Source: Candidatus Limnocylindrales bacterium | Lineage (GTDB): Bacteria; Chloroflexota; Limnocylindria; Limnocylindrales; CSP1-4 | Assembly (NCBI GenBank): GCA_036274475.1 | Contig: DASUFO010000059.1 | Coordinates: forward strand, 1,151-65,150 | Direction of reading: 5' to 3' | Length of the DNA stretch: 64,000 bases | In this document: in pieces, positions 1 to 9,237 of the stretch | Layout: every line of letters begins with the position of its first letter | Numbering within the stretch: the stretch's first letter is position 1 | The notes under the pieces: generated by a model | What the model was told of the DNA's origin: nothing | Seen by the model: only the letters and a program-made list of their open reading frames with translations | Databases searched by the model: none | Translations under genes and position numbers: made by a program

Positions 1-192
1 CTGATGAAGGACAACCCCGACAACCTCGACCTCGCGACGCCGTCGATCGCCTTCCGCGTCGACGACCTGCAGGCCACGCACGCCGATCTGGTGGGACACG
101 GCGTCCAGGCGACGGACGTGGGCGAGCACGACGGCACGCCGACCTTCGCGTTTGCGGACCCCGAGGGACACTGGTTCGCGGTGACGCAATGA
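1..192 (+). CDS. VOC (glyoxalase/bleomycin-resistance) family protein, C-terminal fragment; 5' end lies outside the window
   Basis: The frame is open to base 1. The tail ...IAFRVDDLQATHADLVGHGV...FADPEGHWFAV looks like a VOC beta-alpha-beta-beta-beta module. The stop overlaps the next start (ATGA at 189-192). Confidence 0.6.
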   Translation: MMKDNPDNLDLATPSIAFRVDDLQATHADLVGHGVQATDVGEHDGTPTFAFADPEGHWFAVTQ

Positions 193-545
193 GCACGACG
201 ACAGGCCATCGGATCTTCGCCCTGCCGTTCGGTTCCGTGTACCCGCTCTACGAGCAGAAGGTGGAGAAGAAGGGCCGGACGCAGGCGGAGCTGGACACGG
301 TGCTCTGCTGGCTGACCGGCTACGACGAGTCCGAGCTCCGCAGGCACATCGAAGCAGGCACGACCCTCGCGGACTTCTTTGCCGCGGCGCGGATCAACCC
401 CAACGCCGGGCTCATCACCGGCGTGATCTGCGGCGTGCGCGTCGAGGCGATCGAGGATCCGCTGATGCAGCAGATCCGGTACATGGACAAGCTCGTCGAC
501 GAGCTGGCGAAGGGGCGAACGCTGGAGAAGGTGTTGCGCGGCTGA
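189..545 (+). CDS. DUF2200 domain protein
   Basis: 118 aa. FALPFGSVYPLYEQKVEKKGRT...WLTGYDE...ITGVICGVRVEAIEDPLMQQIRYMDKLVDELAKG matches the highly conserved DUF2200 pattern as I remember it. Confidence 0.8.
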   Translation: MSTTTGHRIFALPFGSVYPLYEQKVEKKGRTQAELDTVLCWLTGYDESELRRHIEAGTTLADFFAAARINPNAGLITGVICGVRVEAIEDPLMQQIRYMDKLVDELAKGRTLEKVLRG

Positions 546-551
546 TCGGGC

Positions 552-1232
552 CTAGCCGCGGACCGGCTGCGCCGCTCCTCCCAGGGCCAGGACCGCGACG
601 CACGCGGGGCAGGAGCAATCGGCCCAGCACTCGTATGTGTCGGTGCGCTGCGCGGCATCGGTGCGCCGGCGACGCGCCAGCACGAACAGGCCCCCGACCG
701 CGAGCAGGACGAGAACGACCAAGGTGACGATCATCGGATCGGTGACTCGCTCGATCACTTCGCGGGCGTACCCACCGAAGAGGTATCCGGCCCCGAAGTG
801 AGCGGTCACGAAGACCGTATTGCCCACGACGACGCCGGGCAGGAACACCTTGAATGACATCGCCGCGAGGGCAGCCGCAGGGATCACCGCGACGCGGACG
901 CCGGGCGTCATTCGGGTCAACGCGACGGCCTTCGTGCCGCCGGCCCGGTAGCGATCCGAGAGCTTCTCAATTCGGACGGCCCCGACGCCGAGCCGCTCCA
1001 GCGCGCCGAGCAGCGGTCGCCGGAGGGCAGTGCCGAAGACGAAGAACTGCGCACTGGCGCCGATGAACCCGGCGAGCAGGATGGCTGCCAGGGCCACGCC
1101 GGCCGCAGGCAGGTTCGTGGCGAGGTAGGCACCCGTCCCGATGATGATCAGGTCACCCGGCACGGGCAGCGGGATCCCGATCTCCTTGATGAGGATGAAC
1201 CCGAACAGGCCGCCGAGCGCCAGGGCATCCAT
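552..1232 (-). CDS. DedA/SNARE-associated family membrane protein
   Basis: Only the distal part of the 317-aa ORF looks real. The internal ATG at 1230-1232 gives MDALALGGLFGFILIKEIGIPLPVPGD..., a typical DedA N-terminus with several TM segments. Upstream of that Met the frame is Arg/Pro-rich junk. Confidence 0.75.
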   Translation of the reverse strand: MDALALGGLFGFILIKEIGIPLPVPGDLIIIGTGAYLATNLPAAGVALAAILLAGFIGASAQFFVFGTALRRPLLGALERLGVGAVRIEKLSDRYRAGGTKAVALTRMTPGVRVAVIPAAALAAMSFKVFLPGVVVGNTVFVTAHFGAGYLFGGYAREVIERVTDPMIVTLVVLVLLAVGGLFVLARRRRTDAAQRTDTYECWADCSCPACVAVLALGGAAQPVRG

Positions 1233-1301
1233 GGCCACGAAGTCTACGTACCTGAGCGATCCGGCTCGATGCGGCTTTCTCGGTGTCACGACAATGAGCG
1301 C

Positions 1302-1772
1302 ATGGCGCACACCCTTCGCGACACGGTCTCGTTCCGGCTCTGGCCGCCGATTGCGATCGGGCTGCCGCTGCTCGTCGGCTGGCTGGCCACGTCGTCGTTG
1401 GGCGACCCAATCGAGCTCGGTGGCTGGCGCGTTCCGCTTGGCGTGCTGCTCGTGATCTTCTTTGTCGCCTGGAACGGCTGGTCGCTGTGGCTCTTCGGGC
1501 GGCACGGTACCGGTCTTCTCCCGGGCCAGGCGACGAACGCGCTGATCGACGAGGGGCCGTATCGCGTCTCGCGGAACCCGCTGTACCTCGGCCTGCTGGC
1601 GCTCTATCTCGCGTTCGCGCTGCTGGCGCCCACGGTCTGGGGACTGCTGCTCTTCCCGGCGGCGGTCGTGCTCGTCACCTGGGGCGCGATCGTGCCCGAG
1701 GAGCGGTTCCTCCGCGAACGATTCGGTTCGGCGTACGAGGACTACGCCCGGCGGGTCCGTCGCTGGCTCTGA
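1302..1772 (+). CDS. isoprenylcysteine carboxyl methyltransferase (ICMT/PEMT) family membrane protein
   Basis: Multi-TM protein with the [14 protein letters not shown] motif and a C-terminal [19 protein letters not shown], both typical of the ICMT/phospholipid methyltransferase family. The ATG at 1302 is preferred over 1269 because the first 11 codons have poor GC3. Confidence 0.7.
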   Translation: MAHTLRDTVSFRLWPPIAIGLPLLVGWLATSSLGDPIELGGWRVPLGVLLVIFFVAWNGWSLWLFGRHGTGLLPGQATNALIDEGPYRVSRNPLYLGLLALYLAFALLAPTVWGLLLFPAAVVLVTWGAIVPEERFLRERFGSAYEDYARRVRRWL

Positions 1773-1846
1773 TCCGTCTGTTCCATCTTGTGTCCGGGCT
1801 CTTGCGAGCGCATGCTCCGCGGACCGGTACCCACCAGGAGGCAGCC

Positions 1847-2719
1847 ATGAGCCGCGCTCGATACGCCGCCCCTCGATTTGCTGCGCCTCTCACGCTGATC
1901 GCCGTCGTCGCCGCCCTCGCGATCGCCGCAGCGCCGGCGGCGGCGACAGGCAGGCCATCGCTCCACGCGGCCCACCAGGTCCTCGAGCGAGCCGTCGCGT
2001 TCCCCGGAACAGCGGTCGGGGTCGATACCCAGCGCAACGAAGTTGTCGTTACGGTCGACAACACCGTTCGGGGAACCAGGCTGGCGGCCGTTCGGGCGGC
2101 CGTCGGGCGGATGGGTGGCGCGGCCCGTCTCGAATTCGCGGCGGGCGTTTTCCGGGCCGAGATCAGCGGCGGCGACGCGATCTACGGTTCGAAGTACCGC
2201 TGCTCGCTCGGGTTCAATGTGATCAGCGGATCAACGCATTACTTCCTGACGGCCGGCCATTGCGGCAAAGTCGAGAAGAAGTGGTGGTCCTCGGCGAATC
2301 ACACCACGCTCCTCGGCAGCACGACGGGCGCCTCGTTTCCCGGGCAGGACTACGCGATCGTGAAGTACGACGCTTCGTACACGGACTACCCGGGATCCGT
2401 CGGCAGCCAGGACATCGCCACGGCGGCGAACGCCACCGTTGGGGAGTCCGTGAAGCGCACAGGCAGCACGACGGGAACGCACGGCGGGACCGTCCAGGCC
2501 CTGAACGTCACCGTCCGCTACCAGGGCGGCGGGACCGTCCGCGGACTCGTCCAGACGAACGTCTGCGCGGAGCCCGGTGACAGCGGTGGCCCGTTCTATG
2601 ACGGCACGAAGGCGCTCGGGTTGACGTCCGGCGGCAGCGGTGACTGCAAGAAGGGCGGCACGACCTTCTTCCAGCCGGTCATCCCGGCGCTCCAGACGTA
2701 CGGCGTGGCAGTCTACTGA
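1847..2719 (+). CDS. secreted S1 (chymotrypsin-fold) serine protease, streptogrisin/alpha-lytic protease type
   Basis: AGGAGG sits 6 nt upstream of the ATG at 1847. There is a signal peptide ([19 protein letters not shown]). The catalytic motifs are LTAGHC, a candidate catalytic Asp in the intervening region, and GDSGGP. The family also shows in CSLGFNV and the C-terminal FFQPV. Confidence 0.85.
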   Translation: MSRARYAAPRFAAPLTLIAVVAALAIAAAPAAATGRPSLHAAHQVLERAVAFPGTAVGVDTQRNEVVVTVDNTVRGTRLAAVRAAVGRMGGAARLEFAAGVFRAEISGGDAIYGSKYRCSLGFNVISGSTHYFLTAGHCGKVEKKWWSSANHTTLLGSTTGASFPGQDYAIVKYDASYTDYPGSVGSQDIATAANATVGESVKRTGSTTGTHGGTVQALNVTVRYQGGGTVRGLVQTNVCAEPGDSGGPFYDGTKALGLTSGGSGDCKKGGTTFFQPVIPALQTYGVAVY

Positions 2720-2754
2720 TCGGGTTCGGGACCGGAGCCACCGTCAAGCAGCGA

Positions 2755-2790
2755 CATCGGGGCCGGGATCACCGGCCCCGATGCTTCTTT
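2755..2790 (+). terminator. intrinsic terminator downstream of the S1 protease gene
   Basis: Perfect 12-bp stem CATCGGGGCCGG (2755-2766) / CCGGCCCCGATG (2772-2783), 5-nt loop, followed by CTTCTTTC. Confidence 0.7.
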
Positions 2791-2849
2791 CGGCTCGATC
2801 GCCGGGAGCGCGCCAGCATCGGGTTGGCGGTCAGCGGCGAGCTTGACGA

Positions 2850-3536
2850 TCAGTCGCGGTGCCTGACCGTCGAGATGTCGGCCTCGTTGCCGGCCGCGTC
2901 GGCCAGCGTCCACCAGTTCGGGGCGTGCTCGTCGCGGACCATGCGACCGCCCGCCGCGAGGGCTGCCTGGACCCGCGCCTCGGCCTGCTCGAACGGCAGC
3001 CAGATCGCGATGTGGATCGCCCCGCCGCCGTCGCCTCGCGCCTCGTTCATGTGCTCGAACCAGAAGCCCGGCAGCCGGTTCCCCGGATCGACGAGGTCCT
3101 CCTCGGGGCTGTCGCGGCGCGGCTCGTAGCCGAGCAGCGCCCGCCAGAACGGAACGATCTCGGAGATGGCCGTTGGTGTTCCCGGAATGACGAGCAGGCT
3201 GTGGACGACCGATGGATCCGGTTCGAGGCCAAGGCCCCGCGCCGCCGCCGAGATCTGCCGCGCCGCTTCGACGTCGCGCTGGCTCATCCCGTAGTAGTCG
3301 TCGGCGTAGGTAAGCAGCCGAACGGTCACGCCGTCGGCCCGGATGTCCACGTCCGGAGGATGGTCCGCGATGCCCTCGAGGTCGGCGATCGCGGCCACGA
3401 GCCGGGCGCTCTCGGCGAGCGACCCCGTCGGAACGAACGTCGTCCCGCCGTCGCCGATGACCCGCCAGTCCTCGGTGCCGCCGGCATCCTCGAAGGCGTT
3501 CGGCGAGATGCCGTCGGTCGTCGTCTTCGCCGTCAT
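2850..3536 (-). CDS. pterin-4a-carbinolamine dehydratase-like domain fused to a VOC/glyoxalase-like domain
   Basis: 228 aa from the ATG at 3534-3536. The N-terminal half has the PCD-like pattern (DHPPDVDIRADGVTVRLLTY). The C-terminal half (FWRALLGYE...IHIAIWLP) is VOC-like. It overlaps the upstream gene by 4 nt (ATGA). Confidence 0.6.
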   Translation of the reverse strand: MTAKTTTDGISPNAFEDAGGTEDWRVIGDGGTTFVPTGSLAESARLVAAIADLEGIADHPPDVDIRADGVTVRLLTYADDYYGMSQRDVEAARQISAAARGLGLEPDPSVVHSLLVIPGTPTAISEIVPFWRALLGYEPRRDSPEEDLVDPGNRLPGFWFEHMNEARGDGGGAIHIAIWLPFEQAEARVQAALAAGGRMVRDEHAPNWWTLADAAGNEADISTVRHRD

Positions 3537-4249
3537 CGACCGTTCCCCGCATCGTTCGCGACGTCGCCGATGATCCGGGCGATGTCGTCGGGTTTCGACC
3601 ACATCGGCCAGTGGCTCGTTGGCAGGTCGATCCAGGTCGCGTTGCGCAGCTCGGGGATCCCCGCGAGCCACGTCCATTCCGGATGCTCGGCCGCGCCCTT
3701 CTTGTAGTCGTCCGAGGAGAACCCGGTCGCGATCAGCGTGGACGGAATGTCCCGGCGAGCATCGTTCGTCAACTCGGCGGATCCGCGGACCACGCCGCCG
3801 GGAACCGGCACGCCGCGCCGGCGGAACGTCTCCTTCTGCTCCTCGGTGAGGCCGTCGAGGTTCTCTTCCGCTTCGATTTCGGCCCACACGAGCGGCTTCT
3901 CGACGTCCGTGAACGAGGGATCGAGCGGCGGGATGCCCGGGGCCGTGTCCACGTAGACCATCGCCGCGATCTTGTCGGCGACGCGGTCGCTTGCCACGTA
4001 GCCTGAGAACCCTGTCGCGCTGTGGACGGCGAGGACGACCGGTGCCGGCGCCGCCTCGACCGCGTCGACGATCGCCTCGACGTGGTCGTCGAACGTGATC
4101 GAGGAGCGATCGGTGTCGGCGGATTCGAGGCCGGGCAACGTCAGCGCGGTGACGTCGTGGCCGGCCTTGCGGAGTCTCTCCGCGACCTCGTCCCAGGCCC
4201 AGGCGCCCAGCCAGAAACCGGGCACGAGGATGATCGGTGCGCTCGCCAT
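3533..4249 (-). CDS. alpha/beta hydrolase fold protein
   Basis: The start at 4247-4249 is preceded by GGAGG. ILVPGFWLGAWAWDEV, the nucleophile elbow VHSATG and a C-terminal SHWPMWSKP are typical of alpha/beta hydrolases. Confidence 0.8.
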   Translation of the reverse strand: MASAPIILVPGFWLGAWAWDEVAERLRKAGHDVTALTLPGLESADTDRSSITFDDHVEAIVDAVEAAPAPVVLAVHSATGFSGYVASDRVADKIAAMVYVDTAPGIPPLDPSFTDVEKPLVWAEIEAEENLDGLTEEQKETFRRRGVPVPGGVVRGSAELTNDARRDIPSTLIATGFSSDDYKKGAAEHPEWTWLAGIPELRNATWIDLPTSHWPMWSKPDDIARIIGDVANDAGNGR

Positions 4250-4357
4250 CGGGGACCTCCGCATCGGGCAGTTTCGGATCGGGCTCAGGCGATCGTGAAC
4301 CGTGATCGTGACAGGACCCGGCAGCATTCGCGTTGCACGGTGCGGATCGGCGCGTGG

Positions 4358-5191
4358 TCAGTCGGCGGCTGGGACCTGCCGGACCCAGTTGTCCCGGAAG
4401 TAGGCAAGCTGGAACCCCGATCGAACCATGTTTCGGTAGCTCGGATTCGGCTCCTCCGGCGTCTCCTTGCCGGTCTCGACGACCGCGAACCGGCAGCCCG
4501 CCTCCCGGGCGTCCCGAAGACGGCGGGCGAACATCGCCGACTGGCCACCGCGGCCGCGATGGCTCTCCGACGTCGCGCCGAAGCCGAACCAGGCCACGCC
4601 GTCCTCGATCCGCATCGCGGACGTCGACACCGGCACCTCTCCATCGAAGCCCATGTACGCGTGCCAGCCTGGAGCGCCAACCACCGCGCCGGCCGCGCGG
4701 CCGACTACATCCGGAAAGCCGTAGGCCTCGGCGACCGACAACCGGCCGAAGTCGTCGGCCCATTCCGGTCCGACCCGCTCGATCCGGAGATCGGTCGTCG
4801 CGTCCGGCAGGTGCGCCAGCGAGTGCCACATCTTGACCCAGCGGCGGCTCTTCCTGTAGCCGCGGCCCTCGAACCAGCCGACGACCTCGGGCTGCGCATG
4901 CGGGGCGATCTGGGCAACCGACACGGACCGCCCGGCACCGTCGTAGAACGCGACGACCTCGTCGACGTCGCTCGCCACCACCGGTCGCGCGACGCCGACG
5001 CCGATCACGCGGTTGAAGAAGCCGATGTCGAGCTTCGTGAACGCGAACGCCACGGCACCGCCTGGCCGGCTGGTGATCGGGCCCACGGCGTCATCCGGCA
5101 ATGCCGCAGCCGCCTCGAAGATGTCACGAAAGGCGAGCGCCTCGCCCATCTCGGACCAGTACGGAACGTCAGAATCTGCCGGCATCGTCAT
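4358..5191 (-). CDS. GNAT family N-acetyltransferase
   Basis: 277 aa. The C-terminal acetyl-CoA binding region HRGRGGQSAMFARRLRDAREAGC (R/Q-x-x-G-x-G/A pattern) followed by NPSYRNMVRSGF is typical of GNAT proteins. Confidence 0.7.
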   Translation of the reverse strand: MTMPADSDVPYWSEMGEALAFRDIFEAAAALPDDAVGPITSRPGGAVAFAFTKLDIGFFNRVIGVGVARPVVASDVDEVVAFYDGAGRSVSVAQIAPHAQPEVVGWFEGRGYRKSRRWVKMWHSLAHLPDATTDLRIERVGPEWADDFGRLSVAEAYGFPDVVGRAAGAVVGAPGWHAYMGFDGEVPVSTSAMRIEDGVAWFGFGATSESHRGRGGQSAMFARRLRDAREAGCRFAVVETGKETPEEPNPSYRNMVRSGFQLAYFRDNWVRQVPAAD

Positions 5192-5354
5192 CCCTCGTCG
5201 TCGACCCCGGGCAGGACTGTGAGCATCGCATATGGCGTGCGCGCTCGGGGCTCGTCCGCGAACGCCGGCCCGGCCGGATACGATGTGCCGCGCGGCGCGC
5301 CGAGGTGGACGCGCCGGAGGATGGATGTGACGTGACCGACGCCCGGACGATCCC

Positions 5355-6938
5355 GTGACCGCCCGCGCCCTGACCTTCGGTGGGACCAGCTACCCGCTGA
5401 TCCTGCCGAACATCCGCGACCCCCGTCTCCACGTGGCGTCGGTGATCATCACGATCCACGTTCTCGGCCAGGTCGGGCTGCATTTCAACGCCAGCGTTCC
5501 CCAGATCCTCGCAGCGATCCTCGCCAGCGCGCTGATCGAGGTGGCCCTGACGTTCAGGACAGCGCGGGCGTTCGTCTGGCCGGCGAGCGCGATGCTCACC
5601 GGCAGCGGCGTCGCCCTGATCCTGCGCGTCGTGGGCACGCCGGCTGACCAGCCATGGAACACCGACGCCTGGTGGGTCTTCGCCGGGGTGTCGGCGTTCT
5701 CCCTGCTCACGAAATACGTCATCAAGTACCGCGGCACGCACGTCTTCAACCCCTCGAACATCGGGCTGGTGGTCGCCTTCCTGGTGCTCGGCGTCACGCG
5801 CGTCGAGCCGCTCGACTTCTGGTGGGCGCCGTTGACGAACGCGTGGATGATCGTGGCCTACGCCGTCATCATCGGTGGCGGCCTGCTGATCACCCGTCGC
5901 CTGAAGCTGCTCGAGCTCGCGGCGACGTACTGGATCGCGCTGACGATCGGCGTTGGCATCCTCGCCGGGTCCGGTCACTGCATGACGGCGAACTGGTCGT
6001 TCACGCCCGTCTGCGGGACGGACTTCTGGCGGGTGATCGTGACCTCGCCCGAGGTCCTCATCTTCCTGTTCTTCATGATCACCGACCCGAAGACGACGCC
6101 CGCCGGGCGGGTTGGGCGGGTCGTGTTCGCGTTCCTCGTCGCGATTTTCAGCGTGCTGCTGATGGCGCCCCAGGTCGACGAGTGGGGAACGAAGGTCGGG
6201 CTCCTGTCGAGCCTCGTGATCGTGTGTGCGGCTCGGCCGCTGCTCGACCGCGTCCTGCCGGAGCCGCGCACGGCTGCGGACGACCTGCGGCGGTTCGCGG
6301 CGCGCGTCGTCGTCGGCGGGGAGGGGAGTGGTTTGGTACCCCGTGCGGCGCGGGTCGGGCTGCTCGTCGTGGCGCTGCTCGTGCTGGGTGCCGGGATCGT
6401 CGTCGCCGGGACGCCGGCGCGCGGCACGACACCGGCGAATACCGCCGAGGTCCTCGACCGCGTGCCCCACCAGGTCGACCCGTCGACGTTCCCGCCGATC
6501 ACCGTCGACCAGGGCGTGGCCGACTGGGATCACTCGATCGCCGGGCCCGGCGCGCAGGAGATCGTCCTGACGCTCGCCGAGAACCTCGAGCTCGAGAACC
6601 AGGCGCTGCTTCGGCGCGACCCGTCGATCCTGCCCGCGGTCGACCACGGCGACCGGCTGACCGAGATGCGCCGTCGGCTCGAGGACGCGGCCGCCGGCGG
6701 CGACGTCACGATCAGCCACTACCACTTCGATGCGCTCGACATGCGGCTGATCGAGCCGTTCGGCGTGCAGACGGGGCTAAGCCTCGGGCTCGACGCGCAC
6801 GGCACGATGACCGAGGAAATCTACGACGCCGCGGGCACCATCACCTCGACGCGCGAGGCGCCGTTCTCCCTCACATTCGTCATGCGCCGGGCGACGGGCG
6901 ACCGATGGCTGAACGTGGGGGTCCTTCCGGCCGAGTGA
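5355..6938 (+). CDS. polytopic membrane protein with an RnfD/NqrB-like (NQR2_RnfD_RnfE) domain plus a C-terminal soluble domain
   Basis: GTG start. About 9 TM segments carry the FNPSN and MITDPKTTP motifs characteristic of the RnfD/NqrB family. The last roughly 170 aa are soluble. Confidence 0.65.
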   Translation: MTARALTFGGTSYPLILPNIRDPRLHVASVIITIHVLGQVGLHFNASVPQILAAILASALIEVALTFRTARAFVWPASAMLTGSGVALILRVVGTPADQPWNTDAWWVFAGVSAFSLLTKYVIKYRGTHVFNPSNIGLVVAFLVLGVTRVEPLDFWWAPLTNAWMIVAYAVIIGGGLLITRRLKLLELAATYWIALTIGVGILAGSGHCMTANWSFTPVCGTDFWRVIVTSPEVLIFLFFMITDPKTTPAGRVGRVVFAFLVAIFSVLLMAPQVDEWGTKVGLLSSLVIVCAARPLLDRVLPEPRTAADDLRRFAARVVVGGEGSGLVPRAARVGLLVVALLVLGAGIVVAGTPARGTTPANTAEVLDRVPHQVDPSTFPPITVDQGVADWDHSIAGPGAQEIVLTLAENLELENQALLRRDPSILPAVDHGDRLTEMRRRLEDAAAGGDVTISHYHFDALDMRLIEPFGVQTGLSLGLDAHGTMTEEIYDAAGTITSTREAPFSLTFVMRRATGDRWLNVGVLPAE

Positions 6939-7330
6939 GCGACGAGAGGCGTGTCCGGGTGTTTCGGGCCGACGCTCGGCGCGTCCCGGATGGGCCGTCG
7001 ACGCCCGGCATGCACCGGCTCGAGGCGCTTGCGGAAGAAGGCGCCTGGCTGGGCACGGTGACGACCGAGCCGAACACGATCAGCGGCTGGCATCACCACG
7101 GCGACTACGAGACGTATATCTACGTCCTCTCTGGTCGGGCCCGCCTCGACACGTTCGAGGACGGCGCCGTTCACTCGCACGACGCAGGTCCGGGATCGTT
7201 CGTCGTCGTCCCGCGCCACACGGCGCACCGCGAGGGGAGTGCCTCGCCGACCGGCATGGAGGCGGTGCTCGTCAGGATCGGCAGGGGCCAGGTCGTCTTT
7301 CCGGTCGAGGGGCTGCCCGAAGGCGACTAG
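6935..7330 (+). CDS. cupin domain protein
   Basis: This is the distal part of the 558-aa ORF. The GTG at 6935 overlaps the previous stop (GTGA). The cupin motifs are GWHHHGDYETYIYVLSG and VVVPRHTAHRE. Confidence 0.75.
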   Translation: MSDERRVRVFRADARRVPDGPSTPGMHRLEALAEEGAWLGTVTTEPNTISGWHHHGDYETYIYVLSGRARLDTFEDGAVHSHDAGPGSFVVVPRHTAHREGSASPTGMEAVLVRIGRGQVVFPVEGLPEGD

Positions 7331-7513
7331 TTCGGACTGTGGGTCACGATTCTGGGGTGAACGCCGGCGCCGGGCCCTCTACCGCTGGCGATCCGGATCG
7401 TGAGTCCGGATTCAGCGACGAAACGGCGGGTACGGCGCCATGGACCGCGAAACGCGGACTGTCAGTCAGGTCGTGGCGGCCGGCTGCGTCGCGAGGACAT
7501 GGCAACGCTGAGA

Positions 7514-7658
7514 CTGGGTTGCCAGCCAGCAATCCGGGCCCGATGCGGCGCCCGAGACCACGGGTCGGCGAGTCTGCTGGGCTGGCAACCCAGCCCGACT
7601 TCCGCAGGAGTCCTTGAAGCGGGCCTTCGCACGCCAATTCCGGGCTGGGAGCCCAGCC
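7514..7658. repeat. three copies of a GGCTGG(C/G)A(A/G)CCCAGCC palindromic motif (REP-like) in a 366-nt convergent intergenic region
   Basis: The copies are at 7514-7527 (reverse orientation), 7580-7593 and 7643-7658. Copies 1 and 2 form a perfect 14-bp long-range stem, about 17 bp if one bulge is allowed. Further small hairpins lie at 7391-7411 and 7444-7456. Confidence 0.6.
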
Positions 7659-7696
7659 GGCAAGCCTGAGGTTCACGGCGACGCGAGGAGTGGCGG

Positions 7697-9145
7697 CTAC
7701 AGCGCCGCCGGGAACGTCTCGATCGCCTCGAGCAGACGCTCCACGTCCCGCTCGTTCGAGGCGATCCCGACGGACGCCCGAACCGCGCCGAGGGCCTTCG
7801 GGCCGAAGATGCGCCGAAGGTCATCGCCTGTGGCGCTTCCGTTGAGCCCGAACATCGCCCGCATCTCGTCCGCGGTGATCCCGCGAGCGGCCTCGCTCGC
7901 TCCCGGGTTGCAGAAGCACCCGCCGCGAACCGAGACACGGCGGCTGCCCGCGTGGGCAACGACGGCCCGGAAGTCCGCGATCGCCCCGTCCGGGGCGAGG
8001 ACGTTGAACGCGATCGTCCCGCCCCGGTCGCGAGTCTCGAGCGGGCCGTAGACCCGGACTCGGGGCGCCCCATTCGGGTGCCGGAGCCCGGCGAGACCCT
8101 CGAGCATGCGCCCGGTCAGGTGCTGGACGCGTTCGCCGATCGTCTCGATCCCGATGGTCTCGAGGTAGCGCAGGCCGATCTCGATGGCCGGGATTCCGAG
8201 GTAGTCGATCGTGCCGTCCTCGAAGCCGGTGACCCCCGGCGCAAGCGTGTGGCGCGGCTCCGCGACCGACACGACACCGATCGTCCCGCCGGCGAACCAC
8301 GGCCGCCGAAGCCTGGCGAGTGCCTCGTGGCGGACGATCAGGGACCCGATTCCCGTGGGGTAGCCCAGCGCCTTGTACCAGGACACCGCAACGAACTCCG
8401 GGTGCCAGCGGGAGAGATCGAGCCGCTGGGTCGGGATGTAGGCGGCCGCATCGAGCAGGACGTCCCAGCCTGATGCCTGGGCCACTCCGATCCAGCCGAG
8501 CGGATGCCGGACTCCGCTGTAGTTGGATTGGGCGGGGAAGGCGAACAGGCCGGCCTCGTGCGCCGGACCGGCTTCGAGTGCCGACACGACGTTGCGGCTG
8601 GCGATCCGAAGTGAGGGGACCAGGAGGGGCACGTAGTCGACAGCGGCGCCCCGGGCGCGGGCGAACTCGCGGATGCCGTTGACGGAATTGTGGTTGTCGG
8701 CGGTGAGCAGCAGCCGGCGGCGCTCGCCGAACGGATAGGCCTCGCCGACGAGCTTCAGCGCGGCGCTGGCGTTCGCCGTGAAGACGACGGCGTACTCGTC
8801 GGGCGAGGCCCGGACGAACCGCAGGATCGCCGCCCGGGTGCGGTCCGCCAGCTCGGTCGCCGCGAGCGATGCCGGGTGCTCCGAGTGAGGATTCCCGAGG
8901 ACGTCGCGACCCAGCAGCTCCAGGTGGTCGCGGAGCTGCGACGCGGCGGAGACGCCACCGCCGGTGTAGTCGAGGTACGCCTCGTCGTTCGCATCGAGCC
9001 GGGCGTACTCGCGCGCACGCAGCGACGCGATGGCTGCCGTGTCCCAGGCTGGTGGGGTCGAGCAGGGCGGTCCCGGCTCGTGCTCGTGCCGAACGGGCGC
9101 CCCGGCGGTGGCGATCACCACTCGATCCTGGATCGCTCGCCGCAC
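7697..9145 (-). CDS. class V aminotransferase fold protein (cysteine desulfurase / molybdenum-cofactor-sulfurase N-terminal type)
   Basis: 482 aa. YLDYTGGG, NPHSEHP, FTANASAALKLVGE, SWYKALGYPTGIG (PLP-Lys region) and VRGGCFCNPGA match the MOCOS-like/class V aminotransferase family. Confidence 0.8.
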   Translation of the reverse strand: MRRAIQDRVVIATAGAPVRHEHEPGPPCSTPPAWDTAAIASLRAREYARLDANDEAYLDYTGGGVSAASQLRDHLELLGRDVLGNPHSEHPASLAATELADRTRAAILRFVRASPDEYAVVFTANASAALKLVGEAYPFGERRRLLLTADNHNSVNGIREFARARGAAVDYVPLLVPSLRIASRNVVSALEAGPAHEAGLFAFPAQSNYSGVRHPLGWIGVAQASGWDVLLDAAAYIPTQRLDLSRWHPEFVAVSWYKALGYPTGIGSLIVRHEALARLRRPWFAGGTIGVVSVAEPRHTLAPGVTGFEDGTIDYLGIPAIEIGLRYLETIGIETIGERVQHLTGRMLEGLAGLRHPNGAPRVRVYGPLETRDRGGTIAFNVLAPDGAIADFRAVVAHAGSRRVSVRGGCFCNPGASEAARGITADEMRAMFGLNGSATGDDLRRIFGPKALGAVRASVGIASNERDVERLLEAIETFPAAL

Positions 9146-9237
9146 CAGCGCAGGAACCTGTGTTCCAGTTGGCGCTGTCGCGGCAGGACCCGGAGCACCC
9201 GACGCGCGCCACCTCTACCTCAGGACGGCCTTGGCGA

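Noticed and set aside
5654-7330. The 558-aa ORF overlapping the RnfD-like gene in another frame.
   Set aside because: Only its last 131 codons (the cupin, from the GTG at 6935) look like protein. The upstream part is an Arg/Pro/Gly-rich out-of-frame read-through of the membrane protein gene.
7339-8073. ORFs inside the 7331-7696 spacer (7339-7617 +, 7344-7676 -, 7400-7669 +, 7462-8073 -).
   Set aside because: They have no coding-like GC3 pattern or motifs. The region is dominated by palindromes and is better explained as structured non-coding DNA.
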